The position numbers and the translations under genes are program-made. Shown in pieces: positions 27,301 through 35,864 of a stretch of 50,978 bases of DNA; positions within the stretch are counted from its first letter, which is position 1, and each line of letters begins with the position of its first letter. The stretch is from IMG/VR virus record IMGVR_UViG_2802429591_000001, positions 1 to 50,978 of that record; one strand, 5' to 3'. Under the pieces are notes generated by a model. It was not told the DNA's origin, searched no databases, and saw only the letters and a list, made by a program, of their open reading frames with translations. Origin of the DNA: a virus.

Positions 27301-29413
27301 GGTTGGTGGTCAAGTATGGAATGGATTATGTCAAGGTGCTTCCATGGTGTGGCCCGTAATTCAACAAATAGGTAGTGCTATTTGGGATGGTCTTGGTGGT
27401 GCTTTCCAATGGCTTCAAACTAATGGTCCTATTATATGGGATGGTATTTGTCAAGCTGCACAACAAGTATGGCCCATTATTTGTCAAGGTGCTAGTATGC
27501 TTTGGAGTGCTATTCAACAAATAGGTCCTAGTATTCAATCTTTCCTTATTGATCCTTTACAAACTCTTCAAGATATTGGTGGTCAAGTTTGGGATACTCT
27601 TTGTAGTGGTGCTGAACAATTACAAGGTGTTCTTGAAGGTGTTTGGAGTGTTATTCAACCTATTATTGATGGTGCTAAGTCAATTCTTGGTCTTGGTGGT
27701 GATACTGCTGGTAATGGTAGTACTTTTGGTGGAGGTTCTCAACAAGCTAATTCAAATGCTGCTACTGATCCTTCTGCGGGTTTGTCTGGTTTGATGACTA
27801 GTATTGAAGGTATTAAACAAAGTGTTGGTTCTTTAGCTCAGACTGTTACTACTACTATTCAGAGTATAGTTCAAGGTGCTTTAAATAGTATTTTAACTAT
27901 TATTAATACGATTACATCAAGTATTACTACTGTAATTACTACTATTGCTACTAGTATTCAAGGTGTTATTACTACTATTGCAACTAGTATTGGTACTATT
28001 GTCACTACTATTGCTACTAGTATTCAAGGTATTATTATGACCATTACTACATGTATTGGTACTATGGTTTCAACAATTGGAGCTACAATTAGTGGAATAT
28101 TAGGAAGTATTACAGCAAGTATAACAGGTATTTTAAGTGCTATTGCAGGTAGTATAACAAGTATCATAACAGGTATAGCAACAAGTATTACAACCATCAT
28201 AACAGGTATTACAGGTGCAATACAAGGAGTAATAAGTGGAATTACTTCAAGTATTACAATGATGATTACAACCATAGGAGCAACAATAACTGCTATAATG
28301 GGAACAATTACAGCAAGTATAACCGGTATACTAGGGGCTATAGGATCAACAATAACAGCTGTAAGTTCAAGTATAACTAGTTTACTTACAACATTAGCAA
28401 GTACTGTAACTACAATGGCAACAAGTATTCCAACAATGGTTACAACTGTTGTAGCTGGTTTCACAACACTTGGTGCAACAATTACAGGTGTTCTAATGCC
28501 AGCTATCACCATGTTTTCAACAACATTTATAGCTGCTATAACTAATATTAATGCACAAGCTATTATGCTTAATGCTAGTTTTGCGGTTCTTGCGGCTAGT
28601 CTTACTGTAATGGGTGCATCTGCTCAACTTATGGCTACTAGTTTTGTAGCTGCTAGTGCTGCAGTTACTCTTATTAATTCTGGTATTACTCAAATTCTTG
28701 CAAATCTTAATGCAATGAGTGGAGCGGTTGCTAGTGCTTGTGCTGCATTTATGCAATTACCCGCCGCTGTAAGTGGTGCTTGTAGTGCCGCACAGGGAAT
28801 TCTTAGTAATTTTAGTTCTACAGCTATTAATATAATTGTTCATTGTGCATCAGCTATGAGTAGTGGTTTTGCTGCTAATTTCCATATTGCTCAAGCTATT
28901 AGTGCTGAAATGTCTCGTGCATGTAGTAATCTTAGGTCTTGGGGTAATAAAATGGTATCTATTGCAAGAGAAATAGGTACTCAAGTTAAAGAAGCTATTC
29001 TTCAAGTTGGAATGGGTATTAACAGTCCTGGTTATGTAGCTCATGGTATTAAAGATGAAATGATTTATTCTAAAGGATTTATGGAAGATCATCAATCTGA
29101 ACTTTATAAAACTGCTGCTGCAACTGGTAGAAGTATTAATGATGGTTTTGAACGTGTAGGTTATGGACAAGCTCCACGTGTAACTGCTGCTGATGTTTTC
29201 CCTAGTGTTGGTCAACAATCAAATAATGATAATAGTAAAACTGCTAATACTAATAATAATAGTCCTACAGAGATTACTTTTAATATTAATAATCCTCGTT
29301 TGGATAGTAAAGAAAATATTGAACAATTTGCTGATGCTGTTATACAAAAACTTACATTTGATACTGTAAGAGCTGGAAGAACAGTTAATAATACAATGTA
29401 TATGGGAGATTAG
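24335..29413 (+). CDS. Tape measure protein
   Basis: 1692 aa, Ala/Gly/Ser/Thr-rich helical repeats, 11-residue Trp and Ile/Thr periodicities, located in the tail module. GTG start after GGGGTGA. Confidence 0.9.
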   Translation: MASSYSYNIELDCEANTSQLKDVATALQKIQKLASKEITVETNTGKIVSDAKNAENALKNVGSVGKKLKTDLTFNAPGLNTITTQCNKAVNSLNKVSSSANKVKNSLNGIKGGDFSKLGTSVSKSVSSMKSLNKYIGKMGDNAGNIDGKLFKQIQQYARTAASSCKTLATAIKSVASAIKSISPTKITNIGKSAESSANKIDSLRKALVHINSSASNIDGSGFSKLASSIKDAKSAADSLNKSLANTNKAGGKVGSVGGKSGGSTGKQATKSGSSAGGGFDYSGDDLLGLVGLDSLYDMTIGNAATKEVNSIISRQRGYDVPAIDKKTNESWVKMNDLIPAMNGIQASTGATGAQMNKYMPAIADFGTYVQALGYSADVANSAMFDLSKGAKGAFASIDNFGITEDSLKATGEWNGDYNDLDGFFKAVGKISEGASEFQDTFTGKFIRFKKGLSTAGGELGKAVLPTLTSLVEGFLSLNQATGGNLAKGVMLFASALTGLTVGSMVINRISEAFSKVKGSISNAKEGLKSFKSLLSHIKDKGLRGGLDSWKKEKEQKKKDKECEDPCSKVIEKQEKKKKKAKDKNKDKPLSECDCDKGVSGKAKDKDKNKGSKGKDSGKPVSECPLENRGLPVNTTSGNTKTKKGKGSSLYNKYGNIQPNNTTCSGKNMPTVSNSCGCGLDASKSGNTAGQSTGKAGKKGGKNTGKTRKGVESVGRSLDKTNKKAGTFGKSVNKMGNTKAFSNLNNTVNTLGGNFGKTSTQITNSVNSMGNSFSTMGSKMGNSITSGLNTSLNTANTTVGKRGGKLGSIFSKGFGKSSKLGGIIGKLGGTLQGGLGQSIGKGLSGIGGIVGKVGGKLGGVLSKGMGSTLGKGLGGTIGKIGAKVGGKALAAVGVNAIPVIGQIISAVLTLTTVLDLLGIDWFGPLCDGIKNCASWLTTTLAPAWDWIKGAAGNTWEWLNSTFQSLMPTLQSIGQGIMSGLGGVFSWLSEVGGQVWNGLCQGASMVWPVIQQIGSAIWDGLGGAFQWLQTNGPIIWDGICQAAQQVWPIICQGASMLWSAIQQIGPSIQSFLIDPLQTLQDIGGQVWDTLCSGAEQLQGVLEGVWSVIQPIIDGAKSILGLGGDTAGNGSTFGGGSQQANSNAATDPSAGLSGLMTSIEGIKQSVGSLAQTVTTTIQSIVQGALNSILTIINTITSSITTVITTIATSIQGVITTIATSIGTIVTTIATSIQGIIMTITTCIGTMVSTIGATISGILGSITASITGILSAIAGSITSIITGIATSITTIITGITGAIQGVISGITSSITMMITTIGATITAIMGTITASITGILGAIGSTITAVSSSITSLLTTLASTVTTMATSIPTMVTTVVAGFTTLGATITGVLMPAITMFSTTFIAAITNINAQAIMLNASFAVLAASLTVMGASAQLMATSFVAASAAVTLINSGITQILANLNAMSGAVASACAAFMQLPAAVSGACSAAQGILSNFSSTAINIIVHCASAMSSGFAANFHIAQAISAEMSRACSNLRSWGNKMVSIAREIGTQVKEAILQVGMGINSPGYVAHGIKDEMIYSKGFMEDHQSELYKTAAATGRSINDGFERVGYGQAPRVTAADVFPSVGQQSNNDNSKTANTNNNSPTEITFNINNPRLDSKENIEQFADAVIQKLTFDTVRAGRTVNNTMYMGD

Positions 29414-29420
29414 ATAAGAT

Positions 29421-30320
29421 ATGGTTAAGTATTATGGATTAGAACAAGATAAAAAAAATTATTTTATTATGAATGGTCATCCATTTAATGTTGATCTTGA
29501 AATGGAATCAACAAGTACGCTTAATATTAAGAAAACACCTATGTATGTAAGTAGTAAAGATTGGGGTTATAATTATATTCAATGGTTAAGTTTCAGTGGT
29601 GAAGAATTAAAATTAACTGTTTATTCAAAAAATAGTGAATCTTATACTGGAAACCCGGTTTATAAAGGAGATAATCGTAAAACAAAATTTTATGATAAAC
29701 CTAAAACTCCACATGCTGTACTTAAATTTTGGGCTCAAAACTTTATTACAGTAACTGTTGAAAGTAAACTTCAAAGTGTAGAAAATGGTGATTATAAAAT
29801 AACAGATTTTTCACAAAGAAATATGACTCAGGATTTAGTACGAAGTGATTTTACATTAACTGAGTATAACCAAGAAGATACTGATATAACACGTTCTTAT
29901 TATGCTCCAGAACAAGCAGGTCGTAATGATGCTAGTGATACAACAGGTACAGCTCTTGAACTTGAAAAAATAGGAGAACATAAACAAACTTGTACATGTA
30001 CCCCGGGGGCTGAGACTGGTGTATGTACTGCTCCTTATGAAGAAGAAGTAGTTTCTATTCAGAAATTACTTAGACGTGTAGGTTATTATCCTCATTATAC
30101 TAGTGTTAATAATATGTTTCAAAGAATGGATGGGAAATATTGTTATTATACAAAAAAAGCTGTTGAGGATTATCAGAAAGCTAATGGACTTAGTGTTACT
30201 GGTGTATTTAATAAAGCTGTGAAAGATAAGTTAAAAAAAGAATTATGTAGTGATGATGCTGATGATGATAAGAAAACTACTAATTCTTCTACATCATCCA
30301 CAACAACTAATACAAAATAA
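29421..30320 (+). CDS. Tail tube initiator / baseplate protein with C-terminal PG_binding_1 domain
   Basis: Directly after the tape measure gene. EVVSIQKLLRRVGY...MDGKY...TKKAVEDYQKANGLSVTGV is a peptidoglycan-binding-1 motif. Confidence 0.65.
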   Translation: MVKYYGLEQDKKNYFIMNGHPFNVDLEMESTSTLNIKKTPMYVSSKDWGYNYIQWLSFSGEELKLTVYSKNSESYTGNPVYKGDNRKTKFYDKPKTPHAVLKFWAQNFITVTVESKLQSVENGDYKITDFSQRNMTQDLVRSDFTLTEYNQEDTDITRSYYAPEQAGRNDASDTTGTALELEKIGEHKQTCTCTPGAETGVCTAPYEEEVVSIQKLLRRVGYYPHYTSVNNMFQRMDGKYCYYTKKAVEDYQKANGLSVTGVFNKAVKDKLKKELCSDDADDDKKTTNSSTSSTTTNTK

Positions 30321-30406
30321 AAAGGGAAAATGATTAATATTTTTTTCCATTTTCATTTTTTTTTATTAGGTAATTGAATTTTTATTTTTTCAGGGAGGAA
30401 TATATA

Positions 30407-30739
30407 TTGGTTGATAATAGTAATGATAGTACAAGTACAGATAAAAGTACAACAGCTGAAAAAAAGCAAACAAAATCTAAAGGATTAAAAAGAAACTATG
30501 CAAATGATTATGATCCCTATTGGAGTGACACAGTAGTATATGATACAGTAACAGGGCGTGTAAATGATCTTCCTAATATTAACATATATATAAGTCATCA
30601 AATAATGAACACTGAAACAGAAGGTGTTAAATTAGATGAAGGAAACGTACTAGGAAAAGAAACTATAGGTGGATCAAGTAACAATAATTCAGATAACAAT
30701 AATACAAACACAGATAACACTGATAATAATAATTCATAA
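30407..30739 (+). CDS. Small baseplate-region hypothetical protein
   Basis: RBS AGGGAGG then TTG 30407 (the track starts at 30374). Low-complexity S/T/N/D ends. Confidence 0.6.
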   Translation: MVDNSNDSTSTDKSTTAEKKQTKSKGLKRNYANDYDPYWSDTVVYDTVTGRVNDLPNINIYISHQIMNTETEGVKLDEGNVLGKETIGGSSNNNSDNNNTNTDNTDNNNS

Positions 30740-30759
30740 AAAAAAAGAGATGAAATACT

Positions 30760-32601
30760 ATGGCTGATGGAAAGTTATGTGTAATAGCAACAGATAACAT
30801 TGACAGTAGAAGTAAAGATCAACAAAGAATGGAAAAAGTAGCAGCAGCACTAGAACAAGCAGGATTTAGAACAAAAATAGGAGGAATAGGTCCTAACACA
30901 CACTATTCTGCTGCATCACTTCTTGAAAGTGGAGGATTCTTTGTAAATATATATGGTGGTGCATGTGCAGGTACTCTATGGGATATAACTCAGAAATACT
31001 ACTTAGATAAAATTGGAAATAATACTCAAGTATGTGCATTTACTCATCATGCAAAAGATATAACAAATCTTAACTTTTTAGAAAGAGCTCATGATGACAA
31101 TTTTAGTCGTAGTAGTTTTAAAGGACTTGATAAACCTGGAGAGTTTCTAAATCAACATGGAATAAAATGGTTTCATAGTAAAGGTGAAGACCAATTTCCA
31201 CAAGAAGTAGTAGCCTGTGTAACTGGTGCAAGTACGGGTGGTGGAGGTACTACAGAAGTTATTGATGGATTTATGGAATCAGGGCGGGGTGGTGCTAAAA
31301 CTTCAAGTCCTCAATTTTGGAATGCAAAGAATTTTAGTCCTTATTATAAAGTTCCATTCAGTGAATTTGAAATAACCGAAGAAGATCTTGAAACAAAGAC
31401 TGCTACATTTACAACGCCTGAACGTATAGATCTTACAAGTGGACGTGTAAGTGTGCTTATTAATGGTGATGTACCTAGTTTTGGGGGAATTATTATTAAA
31501 CGTGAATATGATCCATCTACACGTCTTTATAAATATACATGCCAAGATTGGATGTCTAGAATAATGGCTAATAGTATTTATGCTGTTCATAGTGGTAAAC
31601 ATACAGTTTATGAATGGATTAAGAAAGTACTTATTGATATTGGTGTACCTAGTACTGGTCTTGAACCTGTAGATCATTATGACACGGCTATTGATAAAAA
31701 GATAGAAGATGAGATTAAAAAAGATAAAGATGATAATAAGGAAACCGGTTTAGACAGTGGAAGTAGTGGTAGTTCAAGTAGTAATGGTGAAGATAAAAAA
31801 GTAACTATTACAAAGAAAAATGAGACGGGTAAAACAAAGGATAAAAATAAACGAAATCCATTTAAAAAAACACCTGCAGGGATTTATGATTGTCTTACAA
31901 TTTCTGATTATATACGTACATTACTTTTTGATTATGGTGTGCATGTTCGTTTTTATGGTGATATTAATGGTATTCCACACTTTGAATCATATGATGTAGA
32001 TAAATATATGAGAACAGGGTTAATTATTGATCAAAATGTAGGTGTTGAAGAGGATTATAGTAATACATTTGATATTACTGATATTGTAACACAGACTATG
32101 ATTAAAAATATTAGTGCAACTAATCCTATAGGAGAACTTTATACAAGTAAAGATATTTTTGGAGTAAATTTAGCACAATATGTAGGTCGTATGGGTACAA
32201 TTGTAGATAATCCATCTACTGGAAGTGGTGGTACTACAAAAAGTAGTGGTGATTTTAAGGATGCTTCAGGTAATGTGTACACTAAAGATCAAATTATGGA
32301 AACTGAAATGAAAGGAAGTTGTGGAAGAAGTAGTAAACATCCTGCATCTGGTGGAAAAGTTAAAAAATATTGGCTTAATAGGTGTGGTGGATGTAATAAA
32401 AGTGGTGTATTAAAAAATAATCCTAAAGGTGTACCTGAAGGTGAAATTACTTGTGGTTCTTGTGATATGGATTATTGTGGTGCATGTGGATATGAGAAGA
32501 TTAATGGTTCTGAGAAACATTTAACTGAAGTATTCCCTAGCTCACTTGAAAGTACTAGTAATGATGAAGAATCTACTGAAAGTACTAGTGAAACTGATTA
32601 A
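30760..32601 (+). CDS. Baseplate hub N-terminal part, with N-terminal candidate cell-wall enzyme domain and Cys-rich Zn-binding domain
   Basis: Central FGGIIIKREYD...YKYTCQDW and VRFYGDINGIPHF are hub/Tal-like. N-terminal GIGPNTH...YGGACAG...LERAHDDNFS domain. C-terminal cluster CGGC...EGEITCGSCDMDYCGACG. Confidence 0.6.
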   Translation: MADGKLCVIATDNIDSRSKDQQRMEKVAAALEQAGFRTKIGGIGPNTHYSAASLLESGGFFVNIYGGACAGTLWDITQKYYLDKIGNNTQVCAFTHHAKDITNLNFLERAHDDNFSRSSFKGLDKPGEFLNQHGIKWFHSKGEDQFPQEVVACVTGASTGGGGTTEVIDGFMESGRGGAKTSSPQFWNAKNFSPYYKVPFSEFEITEEDLETKTATFTTPERIDLTSGRVSVLINGDVPSFGGIIIKREYDPSTRLYKYTCQDWMSRIMANSIYAVHSGKHTVYEWIKKVLIDIGVPSTGLEPVDHYDTAIDKKIEDEIKKDKDDNKETGLDSGSSGSSSSNGEDKKVTITKKNETGKTKDKNKRNPFKKTPAGIYDCLTISDYIRTLLFDYGVHVRFYGDINGIPHFESYDVDKYMRTGLIIDQNVGVEEDYSNTFDITDIVTQTMIKNISATNPIGELYTSKDIFGVNLAQYVGRMGTIVDNPSTGSGGTTKSSGDFKDASGNVYTKDQIMETEMKGSCGRSSKHPASGGKVKKYWLNRCGGCNKSGVLKNNPKGVPEGEITCGSCDMDYCGACGYEKINGSEKHLTEVFPSSLESTSNDEESTESTSETD

Positions 32602-32640
32602 ATATTATAATTTTATTTTTTTTGGAGGTGAAATTAAAAA

Positions 32641-33210
32641 ATGCCAACTTATCCATGGGATAGAAGAAAAAAGGAAAGTTCTAAACATTATGATATATTT
32701 ATAAAATATGTAGAATTAGGAATGGGAAATAGAAGTGTTGATAACTTACTAGAAAAACATCCAGATATCAAACTTAAAAAAAAGACAATTCAAAATATAA
32801 GCAGTAAATGGGAATGGGTTAAAAGAGCTGAAGCATATGATGAACATGAAACATTAGAAAGACATAAAAGATATGAAGGAAAACTAAACGTGATACTAGA
32901 TACTGAAGTAGAAAGATTAGTAGATCGTTTAAAATATATAAATGAGAATATAATTGAATTAAATAATAATTATGATGGAAGTAAACAAACATCAATATCA
33001 CATAGCTTAGCACAAAACGTTAATGCACATAAAAGTACTCTTGAAGAATTATTCATGATAACAGGTAAACCAACCGAAATACGGGACGTGAAAAATAATA
33101 CAACTTTAAAAGGAAAATTAGAACACAATACAAGTATAGAATACGATGCACAAGCACACCGTGAAGCAATAGAAGATCTACTACAAAAAAAAGAAAACAA
33201 GGAGGATTAA
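32641..33210 (+). CDS. Terminase small subunit-like HTH protein
   Basis: WDRRKKESSKHYDIF..Y.ELG..RS...SSKWEWVKRAEAYD matches a common phage TerS-like N-terminal pattern. Helical middle and basic/acidic C-tail. Confidence 0.6.
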   Translation: MPTYPWDRRKKESSKHYDIFIKYVELGMGNRSVDNLLEKHPDIKLKKKTIQNISSKWEWVKRAEAYDEHETLERHKRYEGKLNVILDTEVERLVDRLKYINENIIELNNNYDGSKQTSISHSLAQNVNAHKSTLEELFMITGKPTEIRDVKNNTTLKGKLEHNTSIEYDAQAHREAIEDLLQKKENKED

Positions 33211-33214
33211 TCTA

Positions 33215-34195
33215 ATGGCAGACAACACAAGCGATACAACCACTGGAACTGAAGCTGGTACAACAACCACGGATACAACAAATACTAGTAGTAATTCTGG
33301 AGAAACAAGTCAAAACGTGGCAAAGAATGATCCAGCTAAAAACAAGAAAAAAGCAGGTCTTACAATGGCTGAACCTATACGTAAAATGTTAGAATTTAAA
33401 ATTAAGTTTCCAGGAAGTATTAAAGGTGTTCATACAAATCAATTTTGTTGGATAGCTGTTGATGATAATTTCTACGATGATTTTTATGGAGATATTGCAG
33501 AGATTATAGGTGTAAGTAAATTTGCACGTTATATGGGATTTGAAAAAAATAGATTTTATATTGAAGGTGTAAAGACAAGTTTTTCACTTACTAATGGTAT
33601 TGAAACAGAATTAACTCTTAATCCTTTTGCTTCTACTTATTCTGAGTATATGAAAAATCAACAATCAGCTGAAAAAGCATTACAAGATGCTATGAATAAG
33701 AATAATGGTAGTGGTGGTGGGGGTAGTGATACTACTGGTACAGGTCTTGTTAATATGAGTGGTAATGATTGTACTCCTACATTTGATTTAGCACCATACA
33801 CTGATACAATAAAAAGTACTAAGATTGGAAATAGTAGTGCAAATTATGCTACAGATACTGCTAATATGAGTGGTAAAGAAGCAATACTTGATATATTTAA
33901 TCGCTTTAGGTATTCTGGATATCCAAATAATCGTACGTGTCCTCAGAAAATGTGGACTAAAAGTGGTGCTATACGGGGAAATTGTGCAGATATCTCAAGG
34001 CTTGTAAAATGTGTTGGAGACGTACATGGAATGAATGTAGGTATTAAACACGTGCCTAATCACTATCATAATCTTATTGAAGTTAATGGTAAAGTGTATC
34101 GTTTTGATTGTTGTTTTAAAGGTGGACGTGCATCTTCTGGTTATGGTGGTGGAATAGTAAATAATCTTAATCGTAATGGTGGTCCATGGTGTTGA
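33215..34195 (+). CDS. Baseplate hub C-terminal part fused to transglutaminase-like (Pei-type) cysteine peptidase
   Basis: RFYIEGVKTSFSLTNGIETELTL resembles the hub C-terminal strands. Gly linker, then GNCAD (Cys codon 33983), NHYHN (His 34061) and YRFDC (Asp 34106), a candidate Cys-His-Asp triad. Confidence 0.65.
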   Translation: MADNTSDTTTGTEAGTTTTDTTNTSSNSGETSQNVAKNDPAKNKKKAGLTMAEPIRKMLEFKIKFPGSIKGVHTNQFCWIAVDDNFYDDFYGDIAEIIGVSKFARYMGFEKNRFYIEGVKTSFSLTNGIETELTLNPFASTYSEYMKNQQSAEKALQDAMNKNNGSGGGGSDTTGTGLVNMSGNDCTPTFDLAPYTDTIKSTKIGNSSANYATDTANMSGKEAILDIFNRFRYSGYPNNRTCPQKMWTKSGAIRGNCADISRLVKCVGDVHGMNVGIKHVPNHYHNLIEVNGKVYRFDCCFKGGRASSGYGGGIVNNLNRNGGPWC

Positions 34196-34199
34196 TATT

Positions 34200-34442
34200 A
34201 TGATTAGTCAAGAGTTAAAAGAAAAAATTATACCCAATCTTAAAATTATATTATTGGAAGAATATCATGAATATATGAATTATATGTTTGATGAGGTGTA
34301 TGTAACAAGTGATAAATACGGTGAAAAAGTAACACTTAATCCTCCATATAATGGTCCAGCGTTACAGTTTGATATGCTTACAGGTTCATTTATTGAAATA
34401 ACTGACTGGGAATATATTAAAAAAGTTGGTGATCGTTTATGA
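34200..34442 (+). CDS. Hypothetical baseplate-region protein
   Basis: ATG 34200 after a GGTG RBS (the track starts at 34176). ATGA overlap with the next gene. Confidence 0.6.
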   Translation: MISQELKEKIIPNLKIILLEEYHEYMNYMFDEVYVTSDKYGEKVTLNPPYNGPALQFDMLTGSFIEITDWEYIKKVGDRL

Positions 34443-35830
34443 ATGAATTTAATATTGGTACTGATATTGATAGACATTGGTATCTTGGACGTAGTGGGGA
34501 TCTTGCACTTGTAAGATATGGTGATAATTTAGCACAAGCGGTTTATAATCGTCTTACATGTACTGAAGATGAACTTGGCTGGTGTTATTATAAGTATGGT
34601 GGAGATATTTATAAGTTTATTGGACTTCCTAATACTGATTTGAATCGTACACAACTTGCTAAAACAATACGTAAAATAATAATGAAAGATCCACGTTTTG
34701 CAGATGCTAATGTAAAAGTTGTAGATTGGACTCCATGGATTATAGGAGTACATATAACAGCTGATGTAACTGGTGAATATGAAAATTTTGATGAATATTT
34801 TATTTTTGGTAATGATCATGCACTTACAATGGGTCATAATGGTTTAAGTAATCCTGGTTGGCGTGATACTTATATTACTAGTCGTTGTAGGTATTATGGT
34901 ATACCGGGGCGTAAGGTTTTACTTCATGCTCATGTTTTACAGATGGAGACTGATGAGCCTGTTCCTATTGGTAATGTAAGTGTTTATATTGGTGATCGTA
35001 TTATTAGTAATGAAAATGTTGTTGATAGTCCTTATGGTTATGAACATAATGTTATTAGTAGTGTTGAAATACAACAAAGTATGGATTTTGAGCCGGGAAC
35101 GGTAACTATTCCTATTACTGTGCCTAAATACCTTGAGTATGGTAAACATCCTTTAACATTACGTTATGATGGTATTAAGGGTTATAATAGTTGTACTTAT
35201 CAGACTAATATTCATATTGTAGATAGGTTTGATACACATCTTAAACTTGATAAGGATAAATATATGGTTGGCGTGTATGGAAGTAAAAGTACTGAAGTTA
35301 ATGCAACTGTATTAGATGCTAATGGTTTATATGTACATCATCAAAGTGCAGCTGCTAATTATGATGATGAGTTAACAAGACGTGCAGATCGTGGAGAAAT
35401 ACGGTATACTATAGATGATACTAATGGTCGTGTAAATACTCGTATGAAGATGATAAGTTCTGAACAATCAGCTCTTGGTCAACTTAAAAGTATTGATTTT
35501 AGGGTTGTTGATGAGTATGGACGTCTTGTAGATCTTGGTGGTGAAAATAGTGTAGTAACATTATCTACTGTTAATATAGATGCTTTTCTTCAAGTTACTG
35601 GTAATCTTCCTAGTGTTGTATTTACAAGTAGTGTTATGCTTGTAAATGGGTATAGATACAGGTTAGAAGATGAATATGGTAATTTAATTGATATTGTACG
35701 ATATAATGAAGCTGAGCATACTTTGATGAGTGATACAAAAAATGGAAGTAATGAAACTGTAATTGTTCGTGAGGATAGTAATGCTAAGAAGATTAATGGT
35801 GTTATTAAAGTTACAAGTGGAGTAAACTAA
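34439..35830 (+). CDS. gp25-like baseplate wedge protein fused to Ig-like domains
   Basis: GDLALV..DNLAQAVYNRL...YGG...IMKDPRF is a gp25-like pattern. It is followed by GKHPLTLRYDGIKGYNSC-type Ig-like repeats. Confidence 0.7.
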   Translation: MNEFNIGTDIDRHWYLGRSGDLALVRYGDNLAQAVYNRLTCTEDELGWCYYKYGGDIYKFIGLPNTDLNRTQLAKTIRKIIMKDPRFADANVKVVDWTPWIIGVHITADVTGEYENFDEYFIFGNDHALTMGHNGLSNPGWRDTYITSRCRYYGIPGRKVLLHAHVLQMETDEPVPIGNVSVYIGDRIISNENVVDSPYGYEHNVISSVEIQQSMDFEPGTVTIPITVPKYLEYGKHPLTLRYDGIKGYNSCTYQTNIHIVDRFDTHLKLDKDKYMVGVYGSKSTEVNATVLDANGLYVHHQSAAANYDDELTRRADRGEIRYTIDDTNGRVNTRMKMISSEQSALGQLKSIDFRVVDEYGRLVDLGGENSVVTLSTVNIDAFLQVTGNLPSVVFTSSVMLVNGYRYRLEDEYGNLIDIVRYNEAEHTLMSDTKNGSNETVIVREDSNAKKINGVIKVTSGVN

Positions 35831-35864
35831 TAATTATTTTTTTATAAGGGAGATAAGAAGGTAA

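Noticed and set aside
24388-29218. Long minus-strand ORFs opposite the tape measure gene (e.g. 24388..24789, 26404..26805, 28024..28512)
   Set aside because: Antisense shadows of low-complexity repeats with biased codons. No RBS or recognisable domain. The same applies to the other minus-strand ORFs in the track.
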